A stretch of DNA of 42,671 nt from a virus (Duplodnaviria; Heunggongvirae; Uroviricota; Caudoviricetes). The stretch lies in IMG/VR virus record IMGVR_UViG_2529293144_000007. One strand, 5' to 3'. Both the position numbers and the translations under genes were made by a program. Of this stretch, positions 23,257 to 32,406 are shown in pieces. Each line of letters opens with the position of its first letter. The first letter of the stretch is position 1. Under the pieces are notes generated by a model, which saw nothing but the letters and a program-made list of their open reading frames with translations, had not been told where the DNA came from and did not search any database.

Positions 23257-24309
23257 TTATTTCCCCACCAGCTCGTTTATCTCTTTCACTGTCTGGTTAA
23301 ACCGCTCTGACTCAAGCTCAACACCTAAGGCCCGACGCCCCAGCGCCATTGCTGCTTTTATTGTGGAACCGGATCCCATAAAAAAATCAGCAACCAGATC
23401 ACCAGGTCGACTACTGGCATTGATTATTTGCCTGAGCATATCCGCCGGTTTCTCACACGGATGTTTACCCGGGTAGAACTGAACGGGTTTATGCATCCAG
23501 ACATCGGTATAAGGCACGGAGACTGATACGGAGAAATAGCGCCGGAGAGATTTAAACTCATCCAGCAATTCAGAATATTTGCGATTCAGTGAATCATAAG
23601 ATGCCACCAGCTGGTGGTGTGGTTGTTCCAGTTGTTGTTCCTGAAACTTCTCTGCCGCTATACGGGAAAACAGTGCCTGTAACTTCCGATAGTCAGCCTC
23701 ATTCGGCAACTGCCACTGACTGGCACCAAACCAGTGGGAAACCATATTTTTCTTACCTGTGGCTTCGGCAATTTGTTTTGCCGTTATACCCAGTTCGGCA
23801 CGAGCATCCCTGAAATACGATATCAGCGGTGCCATTATGTGCTGTTTGAGTTCCCTTTCTTTTGCCGCATAGCCGTCACTTTTGCCGCGATATGGCCCCT
23901 GGTAATGTTCAGCAAACAGAACGCGCTCTGTGGCAGGAAAATATGCGCGCAGACTTTCTTTATTACACCCATTCCAACGTCCGGACGGCTTCGCCCAGAT
24001 GATATGGTTAAGCACGTTGAAACGTTCACGCATCATGATCTCAATATCAGATGCCAGGCGATGCCCACAGAACAGGTAAAGGCTTCCGGCAGGTTTCAAC
24101 ACCCGCCAGAACTGGGCCAGACAGTGGTCCAGCCACTTAAGGTAATCTTCGTCCCCTTTCCACTGATTGTCCCAACCGTTGGGTTTCACCTTGAAGTAAG
24201 GCGGATCGGTAACAATCAGGTCAATGGAATCATCAGGCAGGGACTGAATAAAATGCAGGCAATCAGCGTTGATTAAATCAACACTGTTTATTTTTACAGT
24301 GTTTTTCAT
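23257..24309 (-). CDS. DNA methyltransferase, beta-class (N6-adenine or N4-cytosine)
   Basis: DPPY motif near the N-terminus and FxGSGST SAM-binding motif near the C-terminus. Confidence 0.85.
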   Translation of the reverse strand: MKNTVKINSVDLINADCLHFIQSLPDDSIDLIVTDPPYFKVKPNGWDNQWKGDEDYLKWLDHCLAQFWRVLKPAGSLYLFCGHRLASDIEIMMRERFNVLNHIIWAKPSGRWNGCNKESLRAYFPATERVLFAEHYQGPYRGKSDGYAAKERELKQHIMAPLISYFRDARAELGITAKQIAEATGKKNMVSHWFGASQWQLPNEADYRKLQALFSRIAAEKFQEQQLEQPHHQLVASYDSLNRKYSELLDEFKSLRRYFSVSVSVPYTDVWMHKPVQFYPGKHPCEKPADMLRQIINASSRPGDLVADFFMGSGSTIKAAMALGRRALGVELESERFNQTVKEINELVGK

Positions 24310-24459
24310 GGATCAGTAAGCGTAACTCTGGTAGGCTCACTCTGCTTTTGCGCTAAAGCAGTGGGCCGTGGTTCGCTTGTGACCAGTAAGCATGAGCGAA
24401 TGGCTGGCAGGTGCTACCAACACCCACCAGCCGCCCATTTTCACAGCAGGAAACCGCCA

Positions 24460-24687
24460 TTACTGGCAGCGTCTGAATTTATTCCCGTACCCGCCGTTAT
24501 CCTTCGCCAGACCCGCCAGAACTAACTGAGTCAGTATTAACTGGCACCGGGCTTCGCTTACTCCGGTAGTTCTCGTCATCATGCGTGGCGTTACCCACTT
24601 GTCAGCAGGTAAGAAATGAAGGACTGCGGCGGCGGTTTCTGTCATATCTTGCTGTTTTAGCATGTCTTTTTCCCTTCTGGTTAACAT
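24460..24687 (-). CDS. small hypothetical protein, possibly DNA-binding
   Basis: 75-aa ORF between Q and the methyltransferase; basic C-terminus. Confidence 0.4.
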   Translation of the reverse strand: MLTRREKDMLKQQDMTETAAAVLHFLPADKWVTPRMMTRTTGVSEARCQLILTQLVLAGLAKDNGGYGNKFRRCQ

Positions 24688-24785
24688 GACATACCAATAA
24701 CTCTTGTCTAAAAAGCCAGCAAGATAAAAAGTCAGTATTCACGACCACCAGCGTGTTTACTGTACTGCACCAAGTTTACAGGTAC

Positions 24786-24810
24786 AAAAAAACCGCTCAG
24801 CGGCGGGTTT
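24786..24810 (-). terminator. candidate intrinsic terminator (possible tR'-like)
   Basis: Minus-strand CCGC-TGA-GCGG hairpin followed by TTTTTTT; stem is short. Confidence 0.45.
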
Positions 24811-24933
24811 AAGTTATGTGGCGAAGTAACCACTCTTAACAGCATATTTGATTTTTTACGATTGTAAACGGTTGATTATTCATCTCCAATAAAAATAATT
24901 GTGTGGGTATGCCCTTAACAATGGATAAGAAAC

Positions 24934-25380
24934 ATGAATAAAATGACTGTACTATTACTTAGCGCAACTATCATTTCAGGTTGTACTTCTTCCGTACCAT
25001 TAATAAAGAAAACTCAATCAGGAAAACCTGAGGGGGTTTATCAAAATACGACAAAAGATAAAGTCAAAGATGCTCTTGTGAATTACTGCAATAGTAGAGG
25101 GTTGATAATTTACAACGCGGATAACAGCAGTGTTATATGTGGTAAAGAACTGGAAGGCGGCTCTGCTGTTTTTGGACAAATGTTAATCGGCAATGCCTAT
25201 TCAACAACCCCGGTATCAAAAGTCAGATTTACTATCGCTCAACTTAATAACGATACAAAAGTGTGGGCCGATATGTGGATGGAAACTCAAATGGCAATGG
25301 GGCAAGTACAACAAATGGCTATAACAGACAACGCAAGCAAAAACACTATCCAACAACGTCTTGATGAATTAAAACCTTAA
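24934..25380 (+). CDS. lipoprotein moron, function unknown
   Basis: 148 aa with signal peptide and lipobox (LLLSATIISGC); AT-rich; opposite strand to the late genes. Confidence 0.75.
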   Translation: MNKMTVLLLSATIISGCTSSVPLIKKTQSGKPEGVYQNTTKDKVKDALVNYCNSRGLIIYNADNSSVICGKELEGGSAVFGQMLIGNAYSTTPVSKVRFTIAQLNNDTKVWADMWMETQMAMGQVQQMAITDNASKNTIQQRLDELKP

Positions 25381-25400
25381 GTAAATTAATTAAATAAAAT

Positions 25401-25422
25401 GGGGAGAATAAATCGACTCCCC
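25401..25422. terminator. hairpin between the lipoprotein gene and Q, candidate terminator (T-rich flank on minus strand)
   Basis: GGGGAG-10 nt loop-CTCCCC; minus-strand side followed by ATTTTATTTAATT. Confidence 0.4.
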
Positions 25423-25464
25423 ACACATTAAACTGATTCAATTACCCCCTCAATAAGAGGTCTT

Positions 25465-25830
25465 CTAACGATCCATCTCTAGCTCAATTTCTAACATCAT
25501 TAACATGCCATCAACTACACCTTCAGCCTTTTGCAATAAACGCCCAACCCAGCAATCAGAACGCCCATGTTTACGGGCAAGCGCCATAAACGTCATACCA
25601 CCTACATAATAATCCACTAATAAATCGTGCAAATCGCTGTTGTTCTTTTTCAGGCGAGCCATGCACCCACAAATGATCATCGCGTCATCGTCACAACATT
25701 GCGGGCGGGATTTTACTTTTGAAGGGATTAGTCCTTTAAATCCTGCAGCAATAGACGACCAGGTGACATCCTCGTGATTATTTGCCACCCATGCACCCCA
25801 ACGTTCAAGAACCATTTGAATATCACGCAT
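25465..25830 (-). CDS. late-gene antitermination protein Q (phage 82 / QuuD-like)
   Basis: Sequence from [34 protein letters not shown] with Cys cluster ([12 protein letters not shown]), matching the recalled Q82/QuuD family. Confidence 0.85.
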   Translation of the reverse strand: MRDIQMVLERWGAWVANNHEDVTWSSIAAGFKGLIPSKVKSRPQCCDDDAMIICGCMARLKKNNSDLHDLLVDYYVGGMTFMALARKHGRSDCWVGRLLQKAEGVVDGMLMMLEIELEMDR

Positions 25831-25847
25831 CAACTTTCTCCACAAAA

Positions 25848-26843
25848 TCAGGCCAGCACGCCAATTGCCAGCGCACGATCGATAAAACGAAATATCAGCT
25901 CCAGCTGGGAGCCATACCTCTCTTCAAATGCCACGGTATCCGCATGCAGCTCGTCGTGATGCTTTCTGCACAAAGGCAACACAAAAAGGTCATGCGCTTT
26001 TGTACCCATTCCACACTGACCGTGGCCTATCAGGTGGTGGGGATCATCAGCGGGCTTTCCACAACATGCACACGGCTGTGTCTTAACCCAGCGCGTGTAC
26101 TTTTCATTAACCCAGCGGCGACGTTTTGGGCGTAACATAAAAGACTCCGGCGACTCCGGATCCACTTTCAGCGCCAGCACCTTTTTCGCTTTATCCTGGA
26201 TGATGCTGGTGGCAGGAACCGAAGGCACAAGGTCACTTTCCCGGGTGACAGACGGCACAACAGGCTTCGGTAATCTCAGTGCCTTACGGGCTGCACTTTC
26301 CGGTAAGGCATCCGCCAGATCATTACGAATCAGCCACCAGCACAGTTCCGGCATTGTCACAACGTGACTATCATCAAAACCGAGATCCCGACGCACAACA
26401 GACAACATCCAGCGGGCACAGTTATCCGTTGCCATTGATTCCAGCCGTTCCGTGAACTGATCGCGCAGCTGGTTATCGCAGTGCCAGCACAGACGGATTG
26501 CGCCCGGCGCGTGTCGCATTGTGGTCGTATTCTCGCTGTGCCAGTCGGAATGAGGCCACTGGCAGCCTTTTTCACGAAGTAACCAGCTTTCAAGACATTC
26601 CACTCCACCAGCACGACGGATCACTGCCTCATTGCGGAACACGGCCCGAACGGCAGGATCATCCGCCAGCGGTTGTGATGCTGCCGGAACGGCACCACTG
26701 GCGAAAGATGAATAACGTTCCGGCTCAGGTTCCAGCAGGACACGCCCCTGCATAAACAGGGGCATCAGCTCTGAACCTGGTCTGAACAATACGATCCCCA
26801 TACGCGGGGCAATTTCAGGGGTCAGTAGTGCTCTCACGGTCAC
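25848..26843 (-). CDS. DUF968-like protein with C-terminal Cys/His cluster (YdfU-like)
   Basis: C-terminal [43 protein letters not shown]; family name from memory. Confidence 0.6.
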   Translation of the reverse strand: MTVRALLTPEIAPRMGIVLFRPGSELMPLFMQGRVLLEPEPERYSSFASGAVPAASQPLADDPAVRAVFRNEAVIRRAGGVECLESWLLREKGCQWPHSDWHSENTTTMRHAPGAIRLCWHCDNQLRDQFTERLESMATDNCARWMLSVVRRDLGFDDSHVVTMPELCWWLIRNDLADALPESAARKALRLPKPVVPSVTRESDLVPSVPATSIIQDKAKKVLALKVDPESPESFMLRPKRRRWVNEKYTRWVKTQPCACCGKPADDPHHLIGHGQCGMGTKAHDLFVLPLCRKHHDELHADTVAFEERYGSQLELIFRFIDRALAIGVLA

Positions 26844-26844
26844 C

Positions 26845-27642
26845 TCAATGAACGGTATCGAGCAGCTTTAACAGCTCAGGGAATCGGGATTCGAAGAAAT
26901 GCGGCTGCGTCTCGCGCGGATTTGCGGGACTGGTGATGTTCTTGCCGAACATGCAGCCTTTCGCTGTCAGCGACCAGAATTTTTTGATGTTGTTAATCGC
27001 GGTACGGCTGTATCGTTCGCGTTGTTCAACGATCCCCAGCTTCACCATCTGGTGATATGCCTGATTAGCCGTCAGGCGGATACCATACTGCTTCAGCAGT
27101 GCACTCAGCGACAGCGTGGGGCGACTTGAGCCATCGTGTGCATCAGCAGGAGCATCAATGGCATAGCGCGGTGCCAGATTCGGTAAGCCAACAGCCTCCT
27201 GGAGTTTCTGACAGGCCCCAAGCACAGATGAGTTAGACAGGTTTAACTCCCGACGCATAAAGTCCAGCAGAATCACTCCAGCCTGCATCTTGTCAGCAGC
27301 CTGTCCGGATAATTTTTCCGGTGCGCTGGTTACCATGTCGAAAGTACGGATCACCTTCAGATGGAATGACGGGCTGATCCACATTGCATAGGCATACACC
27401 AGTTCCTTACAGACATACGTCCCCTGATTATTTCCGCCGCGAATAACGTTAACTGGCTCTATATTGACCGAGTTGCAAATCTGCAACTCGCTTATTAAAC
27501 GTTCAGTTTGCTCATTGCGGAGCCAGAATGCAGGCTTATGCTTATCCAGAGAACCGGCAGCCCTGTGCAGATCGTTCAGGCTGTAACGCCCATAAGCATC
27601 ACGACGAACTTCAATACCATCAATGACCATCAGATTATTCAT
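26845..27642 (-). CDS. KilA-N domain protein (antirepressor-like)
   Basis: N-terminus MNNLMVIDGIEVRRDAYGRYSLNDLHRAAG...AFWLRNEQTE; start chosen at MNNL with GGAG RBS. Confidence 0.55.
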   Translation of the reverse strand: MNNLMVIDGIEVRRDAYGRYSLNDLHRAAGSLDKHKPAFWLRNEQTERLISELQICNSVNIEPVNVIRGGNNQGTYVCKELVYAYAMWISPSFHLKVIRTFDMVTSAPEKLSGQAADKMQAGVILLDFMRRELNLSNSSVLGACQKLQEAVGLPNLAPRYAIDAPADAHDGSSRPTLSLSALLKQYGIRLTANQAYHQMVKLGIVEQRERYSRTAINNIKKFWSLTAKGCMFGKNITSPANPRETQPHFFESRFPELLKLLDTVH

Positions 27643-27661
27643 ACTTCGTTTCTCCTCTTGA

Positions 27662-28051
27662 TCAGGCGGCTGCACCCGCCGTTTTCTCGTACTTACTGAT
27701 AGTGATCTCGACCTTCCCTTCCGGGATAACCGGTCCCCACTCCACCAGCATTCTTTTCACCTGGCTGTCGTCTTCCCACACACCCGCGTGGGTCAGGGCG
27801 TCAAACAGTGCCTTGTTATAGTTGTCCAGATCGCGGATCCGGTTATCCGGAGGAAACAACACAATCTCCACTGAAGCAGGTGCCGACGTTGGTTTCGGCA
27901 GACGACGTAACTGCTCAACTATTGCTGCGCACGCCGCGCTCTGGAATTTTCGCCCCGCCGCACTTATCAGGCTCTTACCAGCAAATGCCCCTTTGTTGGG
28001 GTGTCGCCAGTAGGTGTTCACGCTGGGTGGAAAAGGCAGAATCAGCTTCAT
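27662..28051 (-). CDS. rusA: Holliday junction resolvase RusA
   Basis: Characteristic N-terminus LILPFPPSVNTYWR and acidic catalytic residues (DLDNYNKALFDAL). Confidence 0.85.
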   Translation of the reverse strand: MKLILPFPPSVNTYWRHPNKGAFAGKSLISAAGRKFQSAACAAIVEQLRRLPKPTSAPASVEIVLFPPDNRIRDLDNYNKALFDALTHAGVWEDDSQVKRMLVEWGPVIPEGKVEITISKYEKTAGAAA

Positions 28052-28374
28052 ACTTTCAGCCCCCTCTCATGTAACCAGTGGGTTGCACGCAGCCTGGCGT
28101 TTTCCTCACCGGCAAGCAGTGAGCGGATAATCCCGACCGCCTCGCTGTCGTCATCCTTCACCGCGGTATGAAGCGTGATGCCCCGGGCCACGCCACGCTT
28201 TATCGTGATGACGCCTTTTTTCTCCAGTGCGCGAAGATGCTCCACCGCTGCATTCACTGAACGGTATCCCAGCATGGTTGCCACCTCCTGATTGGTTGGC
28301 GGGAAGCCACGTTCTTTCTGATAAGAAATCAGCATATCCAGCACCTGCTGCTGGCATTGAGTTAACGTCGTCAT
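28048..28374 (-). CDS. LexA-like DNA-binding protein (N-terminal winged-helix domain only, no S24 peptidase domain)
   Basis: Aligns by eye to the LexA N-terminal domain (QQQVLDMLISYQKERGFPPTNQEVATMLGYRSVNAAVEHLRALEKKGVI) and stops at 108 aa. Confidence 0.7.
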   Translation of the reverse strand: MTTLTQCQQQVLDMLISYQKERGFPPTNQEVATMLGYRSVNAAVEHLRALEKKGVITIKRGVARGITLHTAVKDDDSEAVGIIRSLLAGEENARLRATHWLHERGLKV

Positions 28375-29024
28375 GCCGCCATCTCCCTGACCAGTTTTTC
28401 CGCCTGCTGGCGAACCTGCGCCAGAAACGCCTCACCACATGCCTCAAGTTCATCGCGCCCGATGTAGCTGATTGCCGGTCCCTTCCAGGTCTTGTCGAAA
28501 ACAGCAATAGCACCAGCGAAGAAAGCGCCTGTCGGCACCTGCTTCTCATTCTTCGGGATAAACCAGGCTGGCAGTTCAAAACCAATACGCCCGCGAATAA
28601 AAGCAATATGGTCTGCATCTTCCGGCCACCAAACTTCGCTGGTGGCAGCTTTGATCAGGAAAACATAGCGCCCGCCTTTATCACGCATAGCACTGGCATG
28701 TTTCATGATGTAACGCATGCCGGTGATGTATTGCCCCTCATGCTGACTGGCGCGGCTGTACGGGGGATTACCAAAGGCAGCACCTTTAAGCTCCGCAAGA
28801 CGTTCAGACCAGTCATGCGCCAGCGCGTTGTCTTCCGCAGTGTAATAAGCGGCACATTTGGCGTTATCACCATCAGTGAACAGATCCAGAACAAACGGGC
28901 CAAACAGGGTGTTAATTCCCCAGAAAATGTTGTCCGGCGTGCGCCACTGATCGCCCACTTCCTTCAGTTCATGGGCTGGTTTGTTCCGCAGCTCCACCAG
29001 CGCCTGGCAATATTTATTACTCAT
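28371..29024 (-). CDS. phage Dam-like N6-adenine DNA methyltransferase
   Basis: NPPY catalytic motif (FGNPPYSRA); start at MSNKYC overlapping the upstream stop. Confidence 0.75.
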   Translation of the reverse strand: MSNKYCQALVELRNKPAHELKEVGDQWRTPDNIFWGINTLFGPFVLDLFTDGDNAKCAAYYTAEDNALAHDWSERLAELKGAAFGNPPYSRASQHEGQYITGMRYIMKHASAMRDKGGRYVFLIKAATSEVWWPEDADHIAFIRGRIGFELPAWFIPKNEKQVPTGAFFAGAIAVFDKTWKGPAISYIGRDELEACGEAFLAQVRQQAEKLVREMAA

Positions 29025-29518
29025 TAAGCCCCCACGTAATTCCCTGACAGATACCACTCTTCACCCGATGCAGCGCGCTTGCTGCTTTTCCGTAAGCACC
29101 GCTCACGATGCGCCAGAAAATTGTTTCGTTCTGGCTGGGAGTGGCTTTCACGGAATGCCTCCATCCACACCGTTGCAGCTCGACGGAATAAGCCCCTGGA
29201 CTCCAGTTCTTCCGCCTGGCGGGTCAGGCACAAAATCACCCGGGGGTCGTTAGTGCCGACATAGAAATTGCGCACAGGTCTGGTTTCACGAACAGGTTGT
29301 GGTTCCGGCTCCTGCGCTCTCTCAGTCAGGCGCGGGAAATGTCTGCGTGTATCTCCTTCACAACGGTGAGCCACACGCCCACTCTGACGTAACTTGCTTG
29401 CTGACTGCAGAACGCGCTGCCGTGAGTAACCTGCAAAAGCATCCGCAATGTCTCCGGAAGTACAGCCCGGATGGGCTTCAATGAATTTCTGAACGTCATT
29501 TAACAGACTCATGATCAC
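29024..29518 (-). CDS. hypothetical protein (possible DNA-binding)
   Basis: 164-aa ORF tightly packed between the replication gene and Dam; no recognised motif. Confidence 0.5.
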   Translation of the reverse strand: MIMSLLNDVQKFIEAHPGCTSGDIADAFAGYSRQRVLQSASKLRQSGRVAHRCEGDTRRHFPRLTERAQEPEPQPVRETRPVRNFYVGTNDPRVILCLTRQAEELESRGLFRRAATVWMEAFRESHSQPERNNFLAHRERCLRKSSKRAASGEEWYLSGNYVGA

Positions 29519-30456
29519 CCCCTGAATCCTGCCGGGATCTGGCTGTAGTCCACGTTGTCGTAACTGGCTTTGAAGTACGGGTCCTCGCGTTTTTCGGTGT
29601 ACGTGCTGACGGACGGCGATAAGCGCAGGGAAAGCTCATCCCATTTTTCCCGCAGCTTCGACGGGCTGAGCACGTTACGGCACCAGAACGGATCGCGGCT
29701 GACGCGGCTGTACATCTCGCAGATTTGTTTGTGAGTACGCCCATCCTGTACACACATCAGGCGAATTTCGTTTGCCCAGACTGTCCAGTTCGGTTCTTTG
29801 GGACGAACCACCTCGCCGTCACATTCGGCGGCCTGCTCGTACAGGGCAATGATTTTTTTCCAGAGCCACTGTGCGCAGGTCAAATCATCCTGCGTTCCCC
29901 ACTGGCGCTTTTTAGGGCTGAATACAACCGCATCAGGATGGCGAGTTAAAAAATCCTGTTCAGCCGTCTGCGTGTCCGGTTGCGAAGCGTCCGGACGAGA
30001 AGGTTTTTTATCTGACGGATCATGTTTTGATTTTACTGACGGATCCCCGCCAGATTCTGACGGGTGAAAACCCACTTTTTTGCCAGATTTCGACGCATCA
30101 AATTTTGACGGGTCAGATTTTGATGCGTCAGATTTTGACGGGTCAGAATCTGACAGTTGAGAAAATGCCGCTGCCTGAAGCTTCGCAACGTTAAGCTGAT
30201 AAACATTCGACGCATTGCGGTTACCCTGGCGACGCGCCTTACGCGTTAACCAGCCTTCTGCTTCCAGCCGTGCGATAGCCGTTCTGACGGTACTCATCCC
30301 CGCGCCAATCTGACGGGCAATGGTTTCAATTGATGGCCAGCACACACCTTCGTCATTACTGAAATCAGCCAGGCGGGCCATAATTGCCACGCTGGATAAC
30401 TTCATGCCTGATGCAGCGCAACCATCCCATACATAGCCGGTTAATTTAGTGCTCAT
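29515..30456 (-). CDS. replication initiation protein (O-like; N-terminal HTH, repeat-encoded linker, C-terminal domain)
   Basis: N-terminal HTH replication-initiator pattern (ARLADFSNDEGVCWPSIETIARQIGAGMSTVRTAIARLEAEGWL); central SDPSKSDASKSDPSKFDASKS linker encoded by DNA iterons. Confidence 0.75.
   Translation of the reverse strand: MSTKLTGYVWDGCAASGMKLSSVAIMARLADFSNDEGVCWPSIETIARQIGAGMSTVRTAIARLEAEGWLTRKARRQGNRNASNVYQLNVAKLQAAAFSQLSDSDPSKSDASKSDPSKFDASKSGKKVGFHPSESGGDPSVKSKHDPSDKKPSRPDASQPDTQTAEQDFLTRHPDAVVFSPKKRQWGTQDDLTCAQWLWKKIIALYEQAAECDGEVVRPKEPNWTVWANEIRLMCVQDGRTHKQICEMYSRVSRDPFWCRNVLSPSKLREKWDELSLRLSPSVSTYTEKREDPYFKASYDNVDYSQIPAGFRG
30005..30160. repeat. iteron array (candidate origin of replication) inside the replication initiator gene
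   Basis: Repeats of consensus roughly AGATTTTGACGGGTC; the last four copies are spaced at about 15 bp. Confidence 0.65.
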
Positions 30457-30465
30457 GACCGACCT

Positions 30466-30804
30466 CTATTTCCCTGAATTTACGACGAAACTGTTCGAGC
30501 GGACTGAAGCATTCATGCTCATAACCTTCGCGGAGGTAGATAACCCGTTGTGTTTCCGGCTCCCAACGAATGACTCTGACGGGCACTCCGTAGTGATCTT
30601 TGAACCAGCGGTTAACTTGTCGCAAAGGACTGTCTCCTTCTGCCGGTTGAAATCACCCACAGCCCACTCTGCAAAGCTGTGGGTTACAATTTCCCTGTCA
30701 CCTGGTACATTCACTGCATAGCAATATTCCACCTTCGCTTTTCCACCCGGTACAGGAAGCGCAATCAGTTGCGAGCGACGGTAGTGTGTTGTTAAACTGT
30801 TCAT
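30466..30804 (-). CDS. hypothetical protein
   Basis: 112-aa ORF packed between the CII-like and replication genes; no recognised motif. Confidence 0.4.
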   Translation of the reverse strand: MNSLTTHYRRSQLIALPVPGGKAKVEYCYAVNVPGDREIVTHSFAEWAVGDFNRQKETVLCDKLTAGSKITTECPSESFVGSRKHNGLSTSAKVMSMNASVRSNSFVVNSGK

Positions 30805-31370
30805 GCGTTAGTTTCTCCACAACCAGAAGCAATCGACGCCACGACGCCCGGAGCTGCACACTCGCGGGCGTCATTACTTTCTGAAATGCAAAAAATTTTG
30901 TAGACAAGTGCTGCATGCTCCTGCAGCTTCGAAATTGAGAGATACAGCTCGTCGTTAATTGCTGTCTTCTCATGCGGTTCCACTACACCGTCTTCGATTG
31001 CTGAACGAATCTGTTTTGAATAACTGCCGATCTGTTCAATGACTTCCAGCAGACGCTGGTTAATATCGGCGTTGTCCACATCCTCGACGTCAGGAAGAGA
31101 CACAAATACGCCATTTGCAGACTGCGCCACAGCATCAGCAATGAAGTGAGTGCCACCAGCACGCTGTAAAACCATTGCCCATCCCAGCGGGAAAATCTGA
31201 TCGCCATCTGCACGAAGGCGGTTGAATAAAGCGTTTTCTGTTACATCGAGCCAGTCACCCGCTTCAGCGTAACCACCCGGCAACGCCGCGATAGTTTTTC
31301 TGACAGCTTTCACGTACCACTCAGGCTGTTTTTCTATTTTCCAGTGATGCTTACCCACGATTAGCCTCAT
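30801..31370 (-). CDS. CII-like regulatory protein (YdaT family, putative)
   Basis: 189-aa ORF directly downstream of the cro-like gene; family assignment from memory and position. Confidence 0.5.
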   Translation of the reverse strand: MRLIVGKHHWKIEKQPEWYVKAVRKTIAALPGGYAEAGDWLDVTENALFNRLRADGDQIFPLGWAMVLQRAGGTHFIADAVAQSANGVFVSLPDVEDVDNADINQRLLEVIEQIGSYSKQIRSAIEDGVVEPHEKTAINDELYLSISKLQEHAALVYKIFCISESNDARECAAPGVVASIASGCGETNA

Positions 31371-31401
31371 CGTTCTGTGGTTAAAAATTGAAAGTGTTCT
31401 G

Positions 31402-31602
31402 CTAATCTTTCGGATAGATATCCGGTCTTAAGTCAGATTTCGTAATTGCACCTGACGTGCATTGCTCAAGTTTTTTAGCCAGCACAAAACTGGCTTTTTT
31501 ATAGCCATTGAAAACCAGCCGTAAGTAGCCAGGTGTTGAGCCAACTTTTCCGGCCAACTCGCCCTGCTGTTCTTTGGTTAAAGAGTCCCAATACGCTTTC
31601 AT
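31402..31602 (-). CDS. Cro-like repressor (YdaS/Cro HTH family)
   Basis: 66 aa from MKAYWDSLTKEQQGELAGKVGSTPGYLRLVFNGYKK, GGAGG RBS 10 nt upstream, divergent from the repressor gene. Confidence 0.75.
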   Translation of the reverse strand: MKAYWDSLTKEQQGELAGKVGSTPGYLRLVFNGYKKASFVLAKKLEQCTSGAITKSDLRPDIYPKD

Positions 31603-31605
31603 ACA

Positions 31606-31628
31606 ATATGTACCTCCGGTGTACATAT
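31606..31628. promoter_or_regulatory. candidate operator (inverted repeat ATATGTAC-N7-GTACATAT) overlapping the cro RBS
   Basis: Perfect 8-bp arms seen directly in the cI/cro intergenic region. Confidence 0.45.
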
Positions 31629-31656
31629 TACATGATTGAAATGAACCTTCAAGATA

Positions 31657-31677
31657 CTTGTACCTTAACGGTACAAG
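31657..31677. promoter_or_regulatory. candidate operator (inverted repeat CTTGTACC-N5-GGTACAAG)
   Basis: Perfect 8-bp arms, 16 nt upstream of the repressor start codon. Confidence 0.5.
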
Positions 31678-31692
31678 GGTTTTAATTTCGTT

Positions 31693-32367
31693 ATGAAAAC
31701 AATCCATGACATCCGGCGGTCTAACGCCAGAAAACTGAGAGATGGTGTTGGCGGGAATTCTTCCTTTGCCACTATGATTGATCGCGAGCCAACCCAGACC
31801 AGCAGGTTTATGGGAGATGGTGCTACTAAAAATATCGGTGACAGCATGGCACGACACATCGAAAAATGTTTCGACCTGCCTGTCGGATGGCTCGATCAAG
31901 AACACCAGACAACGAACATCACAAAAAAACCTGATGTTTCAATCACTAATAAACAAATCACATTAGTCCCTGTCATATCATGGGTACAGGCCGGAGCATG
32001 GAAAGAAGTTGGATATTCTGAGGTTGATTTGAGCACAGCAGAAACGTATCCCTGCCCTGTACCCTGTGGGGAAATGACTTATATCTTGCGGGTGATAGGT
32101 GATTCAATGATTGATGAGTACCGCCCGGGAGACATGATTTTTGTCGATCCTGAAGTACCTGCCTGCCACGGTGACGACGTTATTGCATTGATGCACGATA
32201 CAGGTGAAACCACCTTCAAAAGGTTGATAGAAGATGGGACACAGCGTTATCTCAAAGCGTTAAACCCAAACTGGCCTGAGCCTTACATTAAGATCAACGG
32301 TAATTGCTCTATAATTGGTACAGTGATTTTCTCAGGAAAACCAAGAAGATACAAAATCAAAGCCTAA
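31693..32367 (+). CDS. CI-like prophage repressor (HTH plus S24 LexA-like peptidase domain)
   Basis: N-terminal HTH region and C-terminal S24 signature (GDSM ... FKRL Ser/Lys dyad); divergent from cro. Confidence 0.85.
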   Translation: MKTIHDIRRSNARKLRDGVGGNSSFATMIDREPTQTSRFMGDGATKNIGDSMARHIEKCFDLPVGWLDQEHQTTNITKKPDVSITNKQITLVPVISWVQAGAWKEVGYSEVDLSTAETYPCPVPCGEMTYILRVIGDSMIDEYRPGDMIFVDPEVPACHGDDVIALMHDTGETTFKRLIEDGTQRYLKALNPNWPEPYIKINGNCSIIGTVIFSGKPRRYKIKA

Positions 32368-32378
32368 TCAATGTTTAT

Positions 32379-32402
32379 GAACCTGCTTCGGCAGGTTTTT
32401 TT
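32379..32402 (+). terminator. intrinsic terminator after the repressor gene
   Basis: GAACCTGC-TTCG-GCAGGTT followed by a T7 run, 12 nt after the stop codon. Confidence 0.75.
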
Positions 32403-32406
32403 ATAC

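Noticed and set aside
30005-30160. Possible CRISPR array suggested by the repeat periodicity
   Set aside because: Repeats are only about 15 bp, imperfect, contiguous without unique spacers, and lie inside a replication initiator ORF; an iteron origin fits better.
30449-30721. 90-aa plus-strand ORF
   Set aside because: Antisense to the 30466..30804 minus-strand ORF in a region where all confirmed genes are on the minus strand.
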